Of a stretch of DNA of 64,000 bases, positions 1 to 9,017 are shown one piece after another; the stretch's first letter is position 1, and every line of letters starts with the position of its first letter. Position numbers and translations under genes: made by a program. This stretch comes from Candidatus Nealsonbacteria bacterium (GTDB lineage Bacteria > Patescibacteriota > Minisyncoccia > Minisyncoccales > JAGMDC01). Below the pieces are notes generated by a model. It did not search any database and was not told the origin of the DNA. It saw nothing but the letters and a program-made list of their open reading frames with translations. The stretch spans positions 5,578 to 69,577 of the forward strand of contig JAUWMZ010000003.1 in assembly GCA_030612885.1 (NCBI GenBank). Direction: 5' to 3'.

Positions 1-602
1 CAGATTGGCAGTCCAGCGCCTATTTCTTCATCAAACATAAATAATTCTAGCCTTTGTCCCAGAATACGATGGTCTCTTTTTTCAGCTTCTTTTTGTTGGT
101 GAAGATAATCCTGCAGTTCTCTTTTGGTCTGGAAAGCCACACCGTAAATCCGAGTAAGCATTGGATTTTTTTCGTCTCCTTTCCAGTAAGCGCCGGCAAT
201 TTTAGTTAGTTTAAACGCTTCAGGATTTATCTCTTTGGTTGATTTAATATGAGGTCCCTTACATAAATCTATAAAATCGCCAGATTCATAAATAGTTATA
301 GTTTCTCTGGTCAGTTCTTTAATCAAATCCAATTTATAGGACTGATTTTTAAATAATTTATCGAAGTCGGACTTCGATAATTTAGATTTCTTAAAAGAAA
401 TGTTTTTTTTAATCATCTCTCGCATTTTCTTTTCAATTTTCGGCAAATCAGTAGGGGATATGGACTGCGGAAAATCAAAGTCATAATAAAAACCATTTTC
501 TATAGAAGGTCCAATACCAAATTTAGTCCCAGGATACATTTCCTGGACTGCTGCTGCTAAAATATGAGCCAATGAATGCCTAATTGTTTCAATTTTTACC
601 AC
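1..602 (-). CDS. thrS: threonyl-tRNA synthetase, N-terminal part (gene continues past the left edge of the window)
   Basis: Reverse frame reads [45 protein letters not shown]...[27 protein letters not shown]. This is the HxxxH second-additional-domain motif followed by the start of the class II core. An in-frame TAA lies directly upstream of the GTG at 602. No TGS domain. Confidence 0.85.
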   Translation of the reverse strand, partial: [200 protein letters not shown]

Positions 603-689
603 GAATATTTATTACGAATTAGAATCACTAATTATCACGAATAAATTATTAGTGAGTATTCGTGATTGAAATTCGTGATTGATTAGTGG

Positions 690-3600
690 TTAACCTTCCT
701 CCACTACTTCTTCAATTTCGTTGCAGATTATTTTAGGAACTCCGCCGCGATTGTCAACCCTTCCTCTAACCATTACGATTTTGTTCTCTTGAAAGATAGT
801 TGGATTTTGTTCAATCACTGATGGAAAAACCACTAATTCAATTTTGTCTGTCTGGTCTTCTAATTTAACAAAAAGCATTGGTTTGCCGTTTTTGGCAATG
901 ATTTTTTTGATGCTGCAAATTACTCCTCCAATCCTTACTATTTTTCCGGTTATATCCTGAGAAATTTTTACCAAAGGCAAAACCCTTTTTTCAAAAGCTT
1001 TTTTAAAACCCTCTAAGGGATGGCTGGTAATATATAATCCTAAAAGTTCTTTTTCCCAGTTTAACCTTTCTTTTTTTGAAGCTGAAGGAGCAGAAGAAAG
1101 AGTTATGTCATTATTTGAATTTTTTCCTTGATGATTAGCAGGTAAACTCTCAAAAAGTCCTTTTTGTCCATTGGCTTTATTTTTCTGGGTCTCTCGACTC
1201 CACTCTAACAATCTTTCCAGATTTTGCAAAAGCTTGTTCCTTTCTTCAAACTTATCAAAAGCGCCAGTTTTAATCAAGCTCTCCAATGATTTTTTATTGA
1301 GGTCTTTAGATCTAACCCTGGTGACAAAGTTCTCAATTGAAGCAAAAGAACCATTTTTCTTTCTTTCTTCAACTATTGCTTCTACTACATTATATCCAAC
1401 ATTTTTAATAGCTAAAAGCCCAAAGCGAATTTTCTTTTCATCTGGCACCACACTGAAATTTCTAAAACTTTCATTAATATCCGGAGGCAGAACTTCAATT
1501 TTCATTCTCTTGCATTCTTCAATTAAAAAGGCAATTTTTTCAATATCATTTTTTTCAGAAGTTAAAGCGGCAGCCATAAATTCAATCGGATAATTAGTTT
1601 TAAGATAAGCGGTTCGGTAAGCAATCATTGCGTAAGAAGCGGCATGCGACCTGTTAAATCCGTAACTGGCAAAAGGTAAAATCCATTCCCAGATTTTTTG
1701 GGCAATTTCTTTTTTAACTCCTTGATTTATAGCTCCGTTAATGAACTTTTCTTTTTGTTCTAAAAGAAGTTTTTTAATTTTTTTACCAACTGCTTTTCTC
1801 AAAACATCTGCTTCAGATAAAGAAAATCCAGATAGCTTTTGGGCAACCTGCATTAACTGTTCTTGGTAAACCATTATTCCATAGGTTCTTTCTAAAATTG
1901 GTTGTAATTTGGGATGAATATATTTTATTTTTTTGGGATTATGTTTTCCTTTTATATAACTTGGAATAAACTGTATTGGTCCGGGTCGGTATAAAGCAAC
2001 CATAGCGATAATGTCTTCAAACTCAGAAGGTTTAAGTTGTTTCAAATATCTTTTCATTCCATCTGATTCCAATTGAAACACAGATGTGCTTTCTCCTTTT
2101 TGCAAGAGTTGGTATGTTTTTTCATCATCTAAAGGAATATCTTCTATTTTAATACTTTTATCTTGAACTTTATAGATACGGCTTAGAGTGTCTTCAATAA
2201 TAGTCAGGTTTTTCAATCCTAAAAAGTCAATTTTCAATAACCCTAAATCATCAATAGAATGAAGTTCATATTGAGTAACGATTGTTTCATCTTTTTGAGT
2301 AGGGTGTTGAAGGGGCACTAATTCGGTCAAGGGTTCTTTAGAAATAACTACGCCGCAGGCATGAGTAGAAGCGTGCCTGGCAACTCCTTCTAATTTTTTA
2401 GCTAAATCAATCAGCCGAGTCGCTTTTTCATCTGATTCATAAATTTGCCTGAATTCGTCAATTTTTTCCAATGTCTGTTTCAGAGTAAACCCAAAAGGAA
2501 TAAGTTTAGCCAGATGATCGCAGTAGCTGTAGGGATACTGTAATGCTCTACCCACATCTCTTATTACTGCCCGGGAAGCCATTGTTCCAAAAGTAATTAT
2601 TTGAGCTACTTTATCCCGACCATACTTTTGAGCTACATAATTTATCACTTCATCTCTTCTCCAATCAGTAAAATCAATATCAAAATCTGGCATAGAGACA
2701 CGTTCTGGATTTAAAAAACGTTCAAATATCAATTCATATTTCATTGGATTTATATCGGTAATATTCAAAAGATAACACACTAATGAACCAGCATCGCTTC
2801 CGCGGCCCGGGCCCACTACAATCCGGTTTTCTTTTGCCCAATTAACAAAATCCTGAACAATAAGGAAAAAAGGGGCAAATTTGGTTTGTTTTATTATTGA
2901 AAGTTCATATTCTAATCGTTTTATCGCTTCATCGCGATTGACAATTTGCGATTTGCGCTTTTCCAATCCTTGCTCACATAACTCTTTTAGGTAATCGTCA
3001 GCAGTTTTATCTTCTGGCGCTGGAAAGTAGGGTAGTTTCATCTCGCCTAATTTAAATTCAAAATTACAGAGTTCTTTTATTTTTTGGGTATTTTCAATGG
3101 CTTCTGGAACTTCTTTGAAGTCATTGATCATTTTTTCCGGGCTTCTGACAGAATAATCATCCCACTTCATTGTTTTGCGGTTAGGGTTATCTGCTTTTGT
3201 ATCTGTATTGATCAACATTAAAACATCTTGGGCTTCATTGTCTTCAGGGTGAAGATAATGGCAGTCATTTGTTGCAACTAATGGAATACCCAATTTTTTA
3301 CTAAAAGAGATTAAGGTGTCATTAATAGTTTTTTGTCCGGGTAAATTAGGGTGGTGTTGAATTTCTAAATAGAAATTATCTTTGCCAAAAATTTCTTGAT
3401 ATTTTAACGCTGTTTTTTCTGCTTCTTCAATTTTCTTTGCTAAAATAAGGCAAGGAATTTTTCCCTGCAAGCAGGCAGTCATACCAATTAATCCTTCGCT
3501 GTGTTTAGCCAAGAGTTCTTCATCAATTCTCGGTTTATAATAAAAGCCCTCTAAATGGGCTTTGGTTACTAATTGGACCAGATTTTTATAACCTTTTTCA

Positions 3601-3884
3601 TTTTTAGCTAATAAAACTAAATGGTATTTCTTATCGTCAATATTGGGACGGCGCTGATTCATTTTTTCATAAGCCATATACACTTCACAGCCAATAATAG
3701 GTTTTATTCCTTTTGCTTTTGCTTTTTTATAAAATTCCACTGCGCCATACAAAACACCGTGGTCGGTCAAGGCAACTGAATCCATTCCTAATTCTTTTAC
3801 ATAATCCAAAAGCTCGTCTATTTTAGACAAGCCGTCTAATAGGGAATAGTGGCTATGCACATGGAGATGAGTGAACTCTGACAT
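690..3884 (-). CDS. dnaE: DNA polymerase III alpha subunit
   Basis: 1064-aa ORF. N-terminal PHP domain (MSEFTHLHVHSHYSLLDG), polymerase core (GPGRGSDAGSLVCYLLNITDINP, PDFDIDF), C-terminal OB-fold region. Confidence 0.95.
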   Translation of the reverse strand: MSEFTHLHVHSHYSLLDGLSKIDELLDYVKELGMDSVALTDHGVLYGAVEFYKKAKAKGIKPIIGCEVYMAYEKMNQRRPNIDDKKYHLVLLAKNEKGYKNLVQLVTKAHLEGFYYKPRIDEELLAKHSEGLIGMTACLQGKIPCLILAKKIEEAEKTALKYQEIFGKDNFYLEIQHHPNLPGQKTINDTLISFSKKLGIPLVATNDCHYLHPEDNEAQDVLMLINTDTKADNPNRKTMKWDDYSVRSPEKMINDFKEVPEAIENTQKIKELCNFEFKLGEMKLPYFPAPEDKTADDYLKELCEQGLEKRKSQIVNRDEAIKRLEYELSIIKQTKFAPFFLIVQDFVNWAKENRIVVGPGRGSDAGSLVCYLLNITDINPMKYELIFERFLNPERVSMPDFDIDFTDWRRDEVINYVAQKYGRDKVAQIITFGTMASRAVIRDVGRALQYPYSYCDHLAKLIPFGFTLKQTLEKIDEFRQIYESDEKATRLIDLAKKLEGVARHASTHACGVVISKEPLTELVPLQHPTQKDETIVTQYELHSIDDLGLLKIDFLGLKNLTIIEDTLSRIYKVQDKSIKIEDIPLDDEKTYQLLQKGESTSVFQLESDGMKRYLKQLKPSEFEDIIAMVALYRPGPIQFIPSYIKGKHNPKKIKYIHPKLQPILERTYGIMVYQEQLMQVAQKLSGFSLSEADVLRKAVGKKIKKLLLEQKEKFINGAINQGVKKEIAQKIWEWILPFASYGFNRSHAASYAMIAYRTAYLKTNYPIEFMAAALTSEKNDIEKIAFLIEECKRMKIEVLPPDINESFRNFSVVPDEKKIRFGLLAIKNVGYNVVEAIVEERKKNGSFASIENFVTRVRSKDLNKKSLESLIKTGAFDKFEERNKLLQNLERLLEWSRETQKNKANGQKGLFESLPANHQGKNSNNDITLSSAPSASKKERLNWEKELLGLYITSHPLEGFKKAFEKRVLPLVKISQDITGKIVRIGGVICSIKKIIAKNGKPMLFVKLEDQTDKIELVVFPSVIEQNPTIFQENKIVMVRGRVDNRGGVPKIICNEIEEVVEEG

Positions 3885-3968
3885 TAACTCATTATATCAC
3901 TTTACAATTTTCAGGCAAATTAAATTTACCCTCTTTTTTTATTATTGGTTTGTGTTATCATAAAATAT

Positions 3969-4274
3969 ATGATTTACATAGCTATTTTAATTGCTGGGTT
4001 TGGCGGCGGAGCAGTGAGAGGGCTGGTTGGTTATATCAAGCATCAGTATTCATACAAAAATGTTGGTTTTGATATTCCGTATTTTTTCACTATGATGTTT
4101 CTTTCCGGAATGATTGGGGTATTAGCCGCAGTGAGTATAAAAGAATTCGGGGTTAGTTTTTTAGGAATAGATGGATTTTCTCCTGCTTTAGGATTTATTG
4201 TCGGTTATGCCGGCGGCGACTTTATTGAAAATATTTACAAGATAATTACCAAAAGGCAAACCCTTGCCAAATAA
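3969..4274 (+). CDS. small integral membrane protein, unknown function
   Basis: ATG at 3969 inside the listed ORF. About 101 aa with three hydrophobic helices (IYIAILIAGFGGGAV, FFTMMFLSGMIGVLAAV, ALGFIVGYAGG). No family recognised. Confidence 0.5.
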   Translation: MIYIAILIAGFGGGAVRGLVGYIKHQYSYKNVGFDIPYFFTMMFLSGMIGVLAAVSIKEFGVSFLGIDGFSPALGFIVGYAGGDFIENIYKIITKRQTLAK

Positions 4275-4329
4275 AAGGATATTTGTTAGCATCAAAAGAG
4301 TTATAAATTTTAACTTAAGCGAAGCGAAC

Positions 4330-4611
4330 ATGGCTGTTCCGAAACAAAGACACACTAAATCAAGAAGAAACAGGCGCCGAATGCATATTTTTCTTAAGGC
4401 GCCGATTTTGGTTAAGTGTCCAAAATGCGGGAAGCCGGTTTTACCTCATACTGTTTGTCAATTTTGCGGATACTTTAAAGGCAGGGAAGTAATTGATGTA
4501 ATGAAAAAGCTGACAAAAAAGGAAAAAAAGAAAAAAGAAAAAGAAATAGCAGCCAAAGAAGAAAAGAAAAAGGAAGAACCATTAAGCATGGAAGGACTAT
4601 CTAAAAAGTAA
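4330..4611 (+). CDS. rpmF: 50S ribosomal protein L32 with Lys/Glu-rich C-terminal extension
   Basis: MAVPKQRHTKSRRNRRRMH followed by a CPKCG...CQFCG zinc knuckle. The internal ATG at 4330 gives the canonical L32 N-terminus. Confidence 0.9.
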   Translation: MAVPKQRHTKSRRNRRRMHIFLKAPILVKCPKCGKPVLPHTVCQFCGYFKGREVIDVMKKLTKKEKKKKEKEIAAKEEKKKEEPLSMEGLSKK

Positions 4612-4784
4612 TTTTCAATTTTCAATTTTCAATTGCAACCCTACGGGGAGTCCAGAGCTTCGCTCTGTCCAGCAATGAAATCCCAATTTTCAATTTTCAA
4701 ATTTGATTATAATTGTTTGAAATTTGATACTTGGAGCTTCATTGGTGCTTGAAAATTGGTGCTTGGAATTTTAGCGAAGCGCTT

Positions 4785-5207
4785 ATGGCAAGCAGACATT
4801 TATCACGTTCTATAGCAATGCAAAGCCTATATGAGTGGGATTTTTCTGGTAAAAACCCAGACGGATTAAAGAAAATAACAGAAAGAAATATAAAGGAATT
4901 TGGTCCTGGTTTAGAAAATGTTGATTTGGTTTGGGAGTTGACTAATGGAGTGAAAGATAATTTATCCCACCTTGATAAAATTATTGAGAAAGCCGCTCCG
5001 GAATGGCCTGTAAACCAGATAAATATTATAGATAGAAATGTTTTAAGGATTGGACTTTATGAGCTTCTCTACAGTGATAAGGAGGCCGTACCGCCGAAAG
5101 TAGCCATCAATGAGGCGATTGAATTAGCTAAAACCTTTAGCGGTGAATCGTCAGGGAAGTTTATAAATGGCGTATTGGGAACCGTGTTCAAAGAAATAGA
5201 GAAATAA
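4785..5207 (+). CDS. nusB: transcription antitermination factor NusB
   Basis: [20 protein letters not shown]...[14 protein letters not shown]...[14 protein letters not shown] matches the NusB family pattern. Confidence 0.85.
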   Translation: MASRHLSRSIAMQSLYEWDFSGKNPDGLKKITERNIKEFGPGLENVDLVWELTNGVKDNLSHLDKIIEKAAPEWPVNQINIIDRNVLRIGLYELLYSDKEAVPPKVAINEAIELAKTFSGESSGKFINGVLGTVFKEIEK

Positions 5208-5328
5208 TTTTCAATTTTCAATTTCTAATTTCTATTAAATTTCTAATTCTTTAATTTTTAATTGAAAATTTTAGAATTGAAAATTCAATGAAAATTGATA
5301 ATTGATAATTGGAAATTTAAGGTTAGTA

Positions 5329-6018
5329 ATGCACGACTTTTCTACACTTGAAAAAAAATTAGGTATAAAATTCAAAAACAAGGATTTGCTCATTCAAGCA
5401 TTCATCCACCGTTCTTATTTGAATGAAAATCCAGATTTTTATCTTTTTCACAATGAACGATTGGAATTTTTAGGTGATGCTGTTTTGGAGTTAGTAGTTA
5501 CTAAATATCTTTTTGAAAACTATCCCAAGAAACAAGAAGGGATGATGACTAATTGGCGAGCGGCCTTAGTGAATTCTAAAATGCTTTCAAAAATTTCTAA
5601 AATAGTTGGCTTTAATAGTTTTCTTTTACTTTCCCAGGGTGAAGAAAAAGAAACTGGTAAAGCCCGTCAATTCATATTAGCAAACACTTTTGAGGCGTTT
5701 ATAGGAGCTTTATATTTAGATCAAGGTTATGATGCCTGCGATAGATTTATCCGTCAACATTTAATAAAAACATTACCAGAGATTATTAAAAAAGGTCTTT
5801 TTAAAGACGCTAAATCTTCTTTCCAGGAACAAGCCCAGGAAAAAGTAGCAGTCACTCCGTCTTATAAAGTTTTGAAAGAATGGGGACCAGACCATAATAA
5901 AAATTTTGTAGTTGGTGCTTTTCTTAAAGAAAAACTAATCGCTGAAGGCGAGGGTTCTTCAAAACAAGAAGCAGAAGAGGCAGCAGCCAAAAATGCTCTG
6001 GAAACAAAGGGATGGTAA
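5329..6018 (+). CDS. rnc: ribonuclease III
   Basis: RNase III signature NERLEFLGDAVLELVV plus a C-terminal dsRNA-binding domain (GPDHNKNFVV...GSSKQEAEEAAAKNAL). Confidence 0.92.
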   Translation: MHDFSTLEKKLGIKFKNKDLLIQAFIHRSYLNENPDFYLFHNERLEFLGDAVLELVVTKYLFENYPKKQEGMMTNWRAALVNSKMLSKISKIVGFNSFLLLSQGEEKETGKARQFILANTFEAFIGALYLDQGYDACDRFIRQHLIKTLPEIIKKGLFKDAKSSFQEQAQEKVAVTPSYKVLKEWGPDHNKNFVVGAFLKEKLIAEGEGSSKQEAEEAAAKNALETKGW

Positions 6019-6098
6019 TTTTCATTTTAACATTTTAACATTTTAACATTTTTGAATTTATCTTTTGTTAATATGTTTATATGTTAGTATGAATTCTT

Positions 6099-6473
6099 AT
6101 GTTAGTTATTCGTTTTTTAAGAAGAGGTAAAAAAAATCAACCGTTTTTCAGAATAGTAGTCACTGATAAAAGAAATCCTCCCCAAGGAGGCCGGTTTTTG
6201 GAAATTTTAGGTTTTTATAATCCTTTAACAAAAGAAAAAAAAGTAAAAACAGAGCGAGTAAAATATTGGTTGTCAGTTGGCGCGCAACCGTCAGACACAG
6301 TTTATAATTTGCTGATTTCAGAAGGTGTTATAAAGGGCAAAAAATTGCCTGTTCATTCTAAAGCTAAGAAAGGGAAAGAAGGGTCTGCCTCTGATTCCGT
6401 TTCAGCTCCAGCAGATAAAAAAGCTACGGCGAGTGAAGAAAAACCAGCAGAAAAGAAAGAAGAAAAACCTTGA
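6099..6473 (+). CDS. rpsP: 30S ribosomal protein S16 with charged C-terminal tail
   Basis: MLVIRFLRRGKKNQPFFRIVVTDKRNPPQGGRFLEILGFYNP is a typical S16 N-terminus. Confidence 0.92.
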   Translation: MLVIRFLRRGKKNQPFFRIVVTDKRNPPQGGRFLEILGFYNPLTKEKKVKTERVKYWLSVGAQPSDTVYNLLISEGVIKGKKLPVHSKAKKGKEGSASDSVSAPADKKATASEEKPAEKKEEKP

Positions 6474-6574
6474 CAAAAATTTATATAAGAGTAAAATCTT
6501 AAATAGTAGCTGAAAGAGATGAAAGGTCGGGCTACTGAATGAAGAAAAATAAAAGATTAAGATAGTAAAGATTT

Positions 6575-6895
6575 ATGCCAAAAGACAATGATAAAGAATT
6601 TCTTGAGTACATTATTAAGGCATTAGTTGATAACCCTGACGATGTTAAAGTAGACAGAAGAGTAGATGAAATGGGGGTGTTGCTTTCTCTTAAAATTAAC
6701 TCTGAAGATATGGGTCAAATTATTGGGAAAGCCGGCGCCACTGCTAGGTCTATTCGAAACTTAGTCAGGATTGTTGGTCTTAAAAACCATGCTCGGGTCA
6801 ATTTGAAGATTGAAGAACCCGAAGGTGGTAAAGCTACTACCCAAGAAAGAAAAGAAACCAGTGCCAAAGAAGGACTGGATGACTTAAAACTGTAA
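6575..6895 (+). CDS. KH-domain RNA-binding protein (YlqC/UPF0109-like)
   Basis: Conserved position between rpsP and trmD. KH GxxG loop in GQIIGKAGATARSIRNLV. Confidence 0.8.
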   Translation: MPKDNDKEFLEYIIKALVDNPDDVKVDRRVDEMGVLLSLKINSEDMGQIIGKAGATARSIRNLVRIVGLKNHARVNLKIEEPEGGKATTQERKETSAKEGLDDLKL

Positions 6896-7076
6896 ACGCG
6901 ATCTCAAGAATCGTTTACAAACAGCAAGAAACCGTGCTATCATATTTGATGGCGCGGTTTTCTGTTAAAATCGCGAATTCTCACGAATTTTATTCGGTTA
7001 TTAAAGTAACCTCATTCACGAATAAATACTAATATTAAAATTAGAGATTATTCGAGAGGAAATTTGTGATTGATTA

Positions 7077-7784
7077 GTGGTAAGATTTGATATTATTACA
7101 ATTTTTCCAGAAATTTTTGACTCTTATTTTAAAGAGAGTTTGATTTCACGCGCCCAAAAAAAGAAATTAATCCAAATTAAAGTCCATAATTTAAGAAATT
7201 ATACGACTAATAGACATCAAGTCGTTGATGATAGGCCTTTTGGCGGCGGTTTTGGAATGGTGATGAAAATAGAACCAATTTTTAAGGCGGTTACCGCCTT
7301 AAAAAAATCCAAAATCCAAAATCCAAATGTCAAATGTCAAAAAATAAAAACGATTTTATTTACGCCGCGCGGCAAGAAATTTAATCAAAAAACAGCTTAT
7401 CAGCTTTCTAAAAATGACCAGCTCATTTTAATCTGCGGCAGATATGAGGGAATTGACGAAAGAGTGGCAAAAATTGCGGATATGGAATTATCTATTGGTG
7501 ATTATGTTTTAATGGGCGGTGAACTGCCGGCAATGGTAGTGGTGGAAACAATAGCTCGTTTAATTCCAGGCATCATCGGCAAGCCAGAGTTATTAAAAGA
7601 AAGAATTCCAAAGAAACGCGGCAGAGCTGGCAGGGGATTTATTGAATATCCCCAATACACCAGGCCAGAAGTTTTTAGTCCCAAAAAAGGTGTTTCTTGG
7701 AAAGCTCCAAAGGTTTTATTATCAGGCGACCATAAAAAAATTACTGAATGGCGAAAAAAACACAGAAAAATCATTGAAAAATAA
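7077..7784 (+). CDS. trmD: tRNA (guanine37-N1)-methyltransferase
   Basis: GTG start. MVRFDIITIFPEIF...DDRPFGGGFGMVM...LICGRYEGIDERV...SIGDYVLMGGELPA. Carries an internal hairpin plus a 7-mer repeat insertion at 7282-7340. Confidence 0.93.
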   Translation: MVRFDIITIFPEIFDSYFKESLISRAQKKKLIQIKVHNLRNYTTNRHQVVDDRPFGGGFGMVMKIEPIFKAVTALKKSKIQNPNVKCQKIKTILFTPRGKKFNQKTAYQLSKNDQLILICGRYEGIDERVAKIADMELSIGDYVLMGGELPAMVVVETIARLIPGIIGKPELLKERIPKKRGRAGRGFIEYPQYTRPEVFSPKKGVSWKAPKVLLSGDHKKITEWRKKHRKIIEK

Positions 7785-7814
7785 ACCTTTTTGTGATAGA
7801 TTATAGATATAAAA

Positions 7815-7897
7815 GGGTAGATACCAAAGTGGTTAAATGGATGTGGCTGTAAACCACATGGCTTCGGCCTTCGGGGGTTCGAATCCCTCTCTGCCCA
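7815..7897 (+). tRNA. tRNA-Tyr (GTA), long variable arm
   Basis: Hand-folded cloverleaf: acceptor GGGTAGA/TCTGCCC (one G-T pair), anticodon stem TGTGG/CCACA with loop CTGTAAA, variable stem-loop GGCTTCGGCC, T arm GGGGG-TTCGAAT-CCCTC. Confidence 0.85.
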
Positions 7898-7980
7898 CAT
7901 AAAAAATCAAAAATCAAGAATTATGGCAAAGAAATATCGAATACCTAAACCTTTGAAATAACAGTGGAGAAATAAATTAG

Positions 7981-8054
7981 GCCTGGATAGCTCAGAAGGT
8001 TAGAGCACGGCATTGGTAATGCCGAGGTCAGCGGTTCGATTCCGCTTCCAGGCT
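7981..8054 (+). tRNA. tRNA-Thr (GGT)
   Basis: Acceptor GCCTGGA/TCCAGGC, D stem GCTC/GAGC, anticodon stem CGGCA/TGCCG with loop TTGGTAA, T arm AGCGG-TTCGATT-CCGCT. Confidence 0.9.
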
Positions 8055-8142
8055 CATTAATTAAATAAATTTTTTACATTTTGCTTTGTCATTTTGCATT
8101 TTACATTTTGAATTTTGTATTTGACCGAGTGAAACAAGGGAA

Positions 8143-8308
8143 CGTGGCAGCAAAAAAGAAACCATTTATAAAAATGCAGTGTAAGATCTGCAAAAGAATA
8201 AATTATTTTACCAAGAAATCAAAGGGTATGATTGAGGAGAAGTTAGAATTGAAAAAATTCTGCAAATGGTGCAAAAAGCATACAGCGCATAAAGAGATGA
8301 AGAGATGA
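8143..8308 (+). CDS. rpmG: 50S ribosomal protein L33
   Basis: GTG start giving MAAKKKPFIKMQCKICKRINYFTKKSK...CKWCKKHTAHKEMKR, with two CxxC pairs. Lies between tRNA-Thr and tRNA-Trp, as in many bacteria. Confidence 0.85.
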
Positions 8309-8331
8309 TTTAGAATTAAAAATTTACATAA

Positions 8332-8405
8332 AGGGGCGTGGTGAAATGGCATCATAGGAATCTCCAAAATTTTTGTTCCGGGTTCGAATCCTGGCGCCCC
8401 TGCCA
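8332..8405 (+). tRNA. tRNA-Trp (CCA), CCA end encoded
   Basis: Acceptor AGGGGCG/CGCCCCT, anticodon stem GGAAT/ATTTT (two G-T pairs) with loop CTCCAAA, T arm CCGGG-TTCGAAT-CCTGG, then G-CCA. Confidence 0.8.
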
Positions 8406-8574
8406 TCATATGCTAAGTCAGGTGACCGAGCCGCCTTAGTTCAAGTCGCAGAGTGGGATCAAAGTAGTAGCATAATAAGGTAAAATCTTTTAATTGGGAT
8501 TAAAAGGTCGAAAATAAAAGAGTTATGCCACCGGTGACTCGTTATAATAATTAAACAGGTGGAGGTAAAATTTT

Positions 8575-8733
8575 ATGTACAGAAAAAGAAAAGAAAGCGA
8601 CACTTGGCATTGGTGCCGCAACTGCAACAACTGGCCAACCTCAGGATACGAGGAGAAAAATAGCAAGCCTACTACTGGCGAGTTTTGTAACGAATGTCAG
8701 GCTAAAACAAAAGAAAGAAATTGTAGGAAGTAA
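8575..8733 (+). CDS. 52-aa cysteine-rich zinc-ribbon-like protein (below the ORF-track size cutoff)
   Basis: GGTGGAGGT Shine-Dalgarno sequence 7 nt upstream of the ATG. MYRKRKESDTWHWCRNCNNWPTSGYEEKNSKPTTGEFCNECQAKTKERNCRK has CxxC...CxxC. Confidence 0.6.
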   Translation: MYRKRKESDTWHWCRNCNNWPTSGYEEKNSKPTTGEFCNECQAKTKERNCRK

Positions 8734-8820
8734 CCACGGTTGAAAGAAGACGAAGAAGAATTGATATTTATTTTCGCCAAAAATCGCTCGAAAATCATTG
8801 AAAAAAAACCGAAAAGAGTA

Positions 8821-8856
8821 TGTCTATTGATGTCTAACATCACACATCAATAGACA
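8821..8856 (+). repeat. perfect 13-bp-stem hairpin, member of the GAT-GTC(A/T)AAC-ATC hairpin family
   Basis: TGTCTATTGATGT-ctaacatcac-ACATCAATAGACA. Confidence 0.7.
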
Positions 8857-9017
8857 CATCAACAGACATCAGTTACTGTGATATTAGAAAAAGAAAGTAC
8901 AGGAGAAGATTATTGGATTACCATAGATTTGGCAAACAATACTGTAAAATCAATAGAAAAAAAGTAAATTTTTGGATTATAAACAAGGAAAACAGTTGAG
9001 ATCAAACCTCAGCCGCT

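Noticed and set aside
6019-6060. Short tandem repeats (CATTTTAA x3 here, ATTTTCA arrays elsewhere), considered as a CRISPR array.
   Set aside because: The units are 7-8 nt with no spacers, which is far from CRISPR repeat-spacer architecture. No cas genes are present apart from an isolated Cas4-like nuclease.
7502-8409. Minus-strand ORFs 7502-7900 and 8203-8409.
   Set aside because: They are antisense to trmD and rpmG, and they run through tRNA-Tyr and tRNA-Trp. Their apparent conservation is just tRNA sequence translated.
8406-8472. GC-richer ~65-nt segment after tRNA-Trp (ATGCTAAGTCAGGTGACCGAGCC...GTTCAAGTC...TAGCAT), considered as a degenerate class II tRNA or an sRNA.
   Set aside because: A terminal 6-bp stem and a GGTGACCGAG D-loop-like string are present, but no anticodon or T arm can be formed. 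The evidence is insufficient to call a gene.
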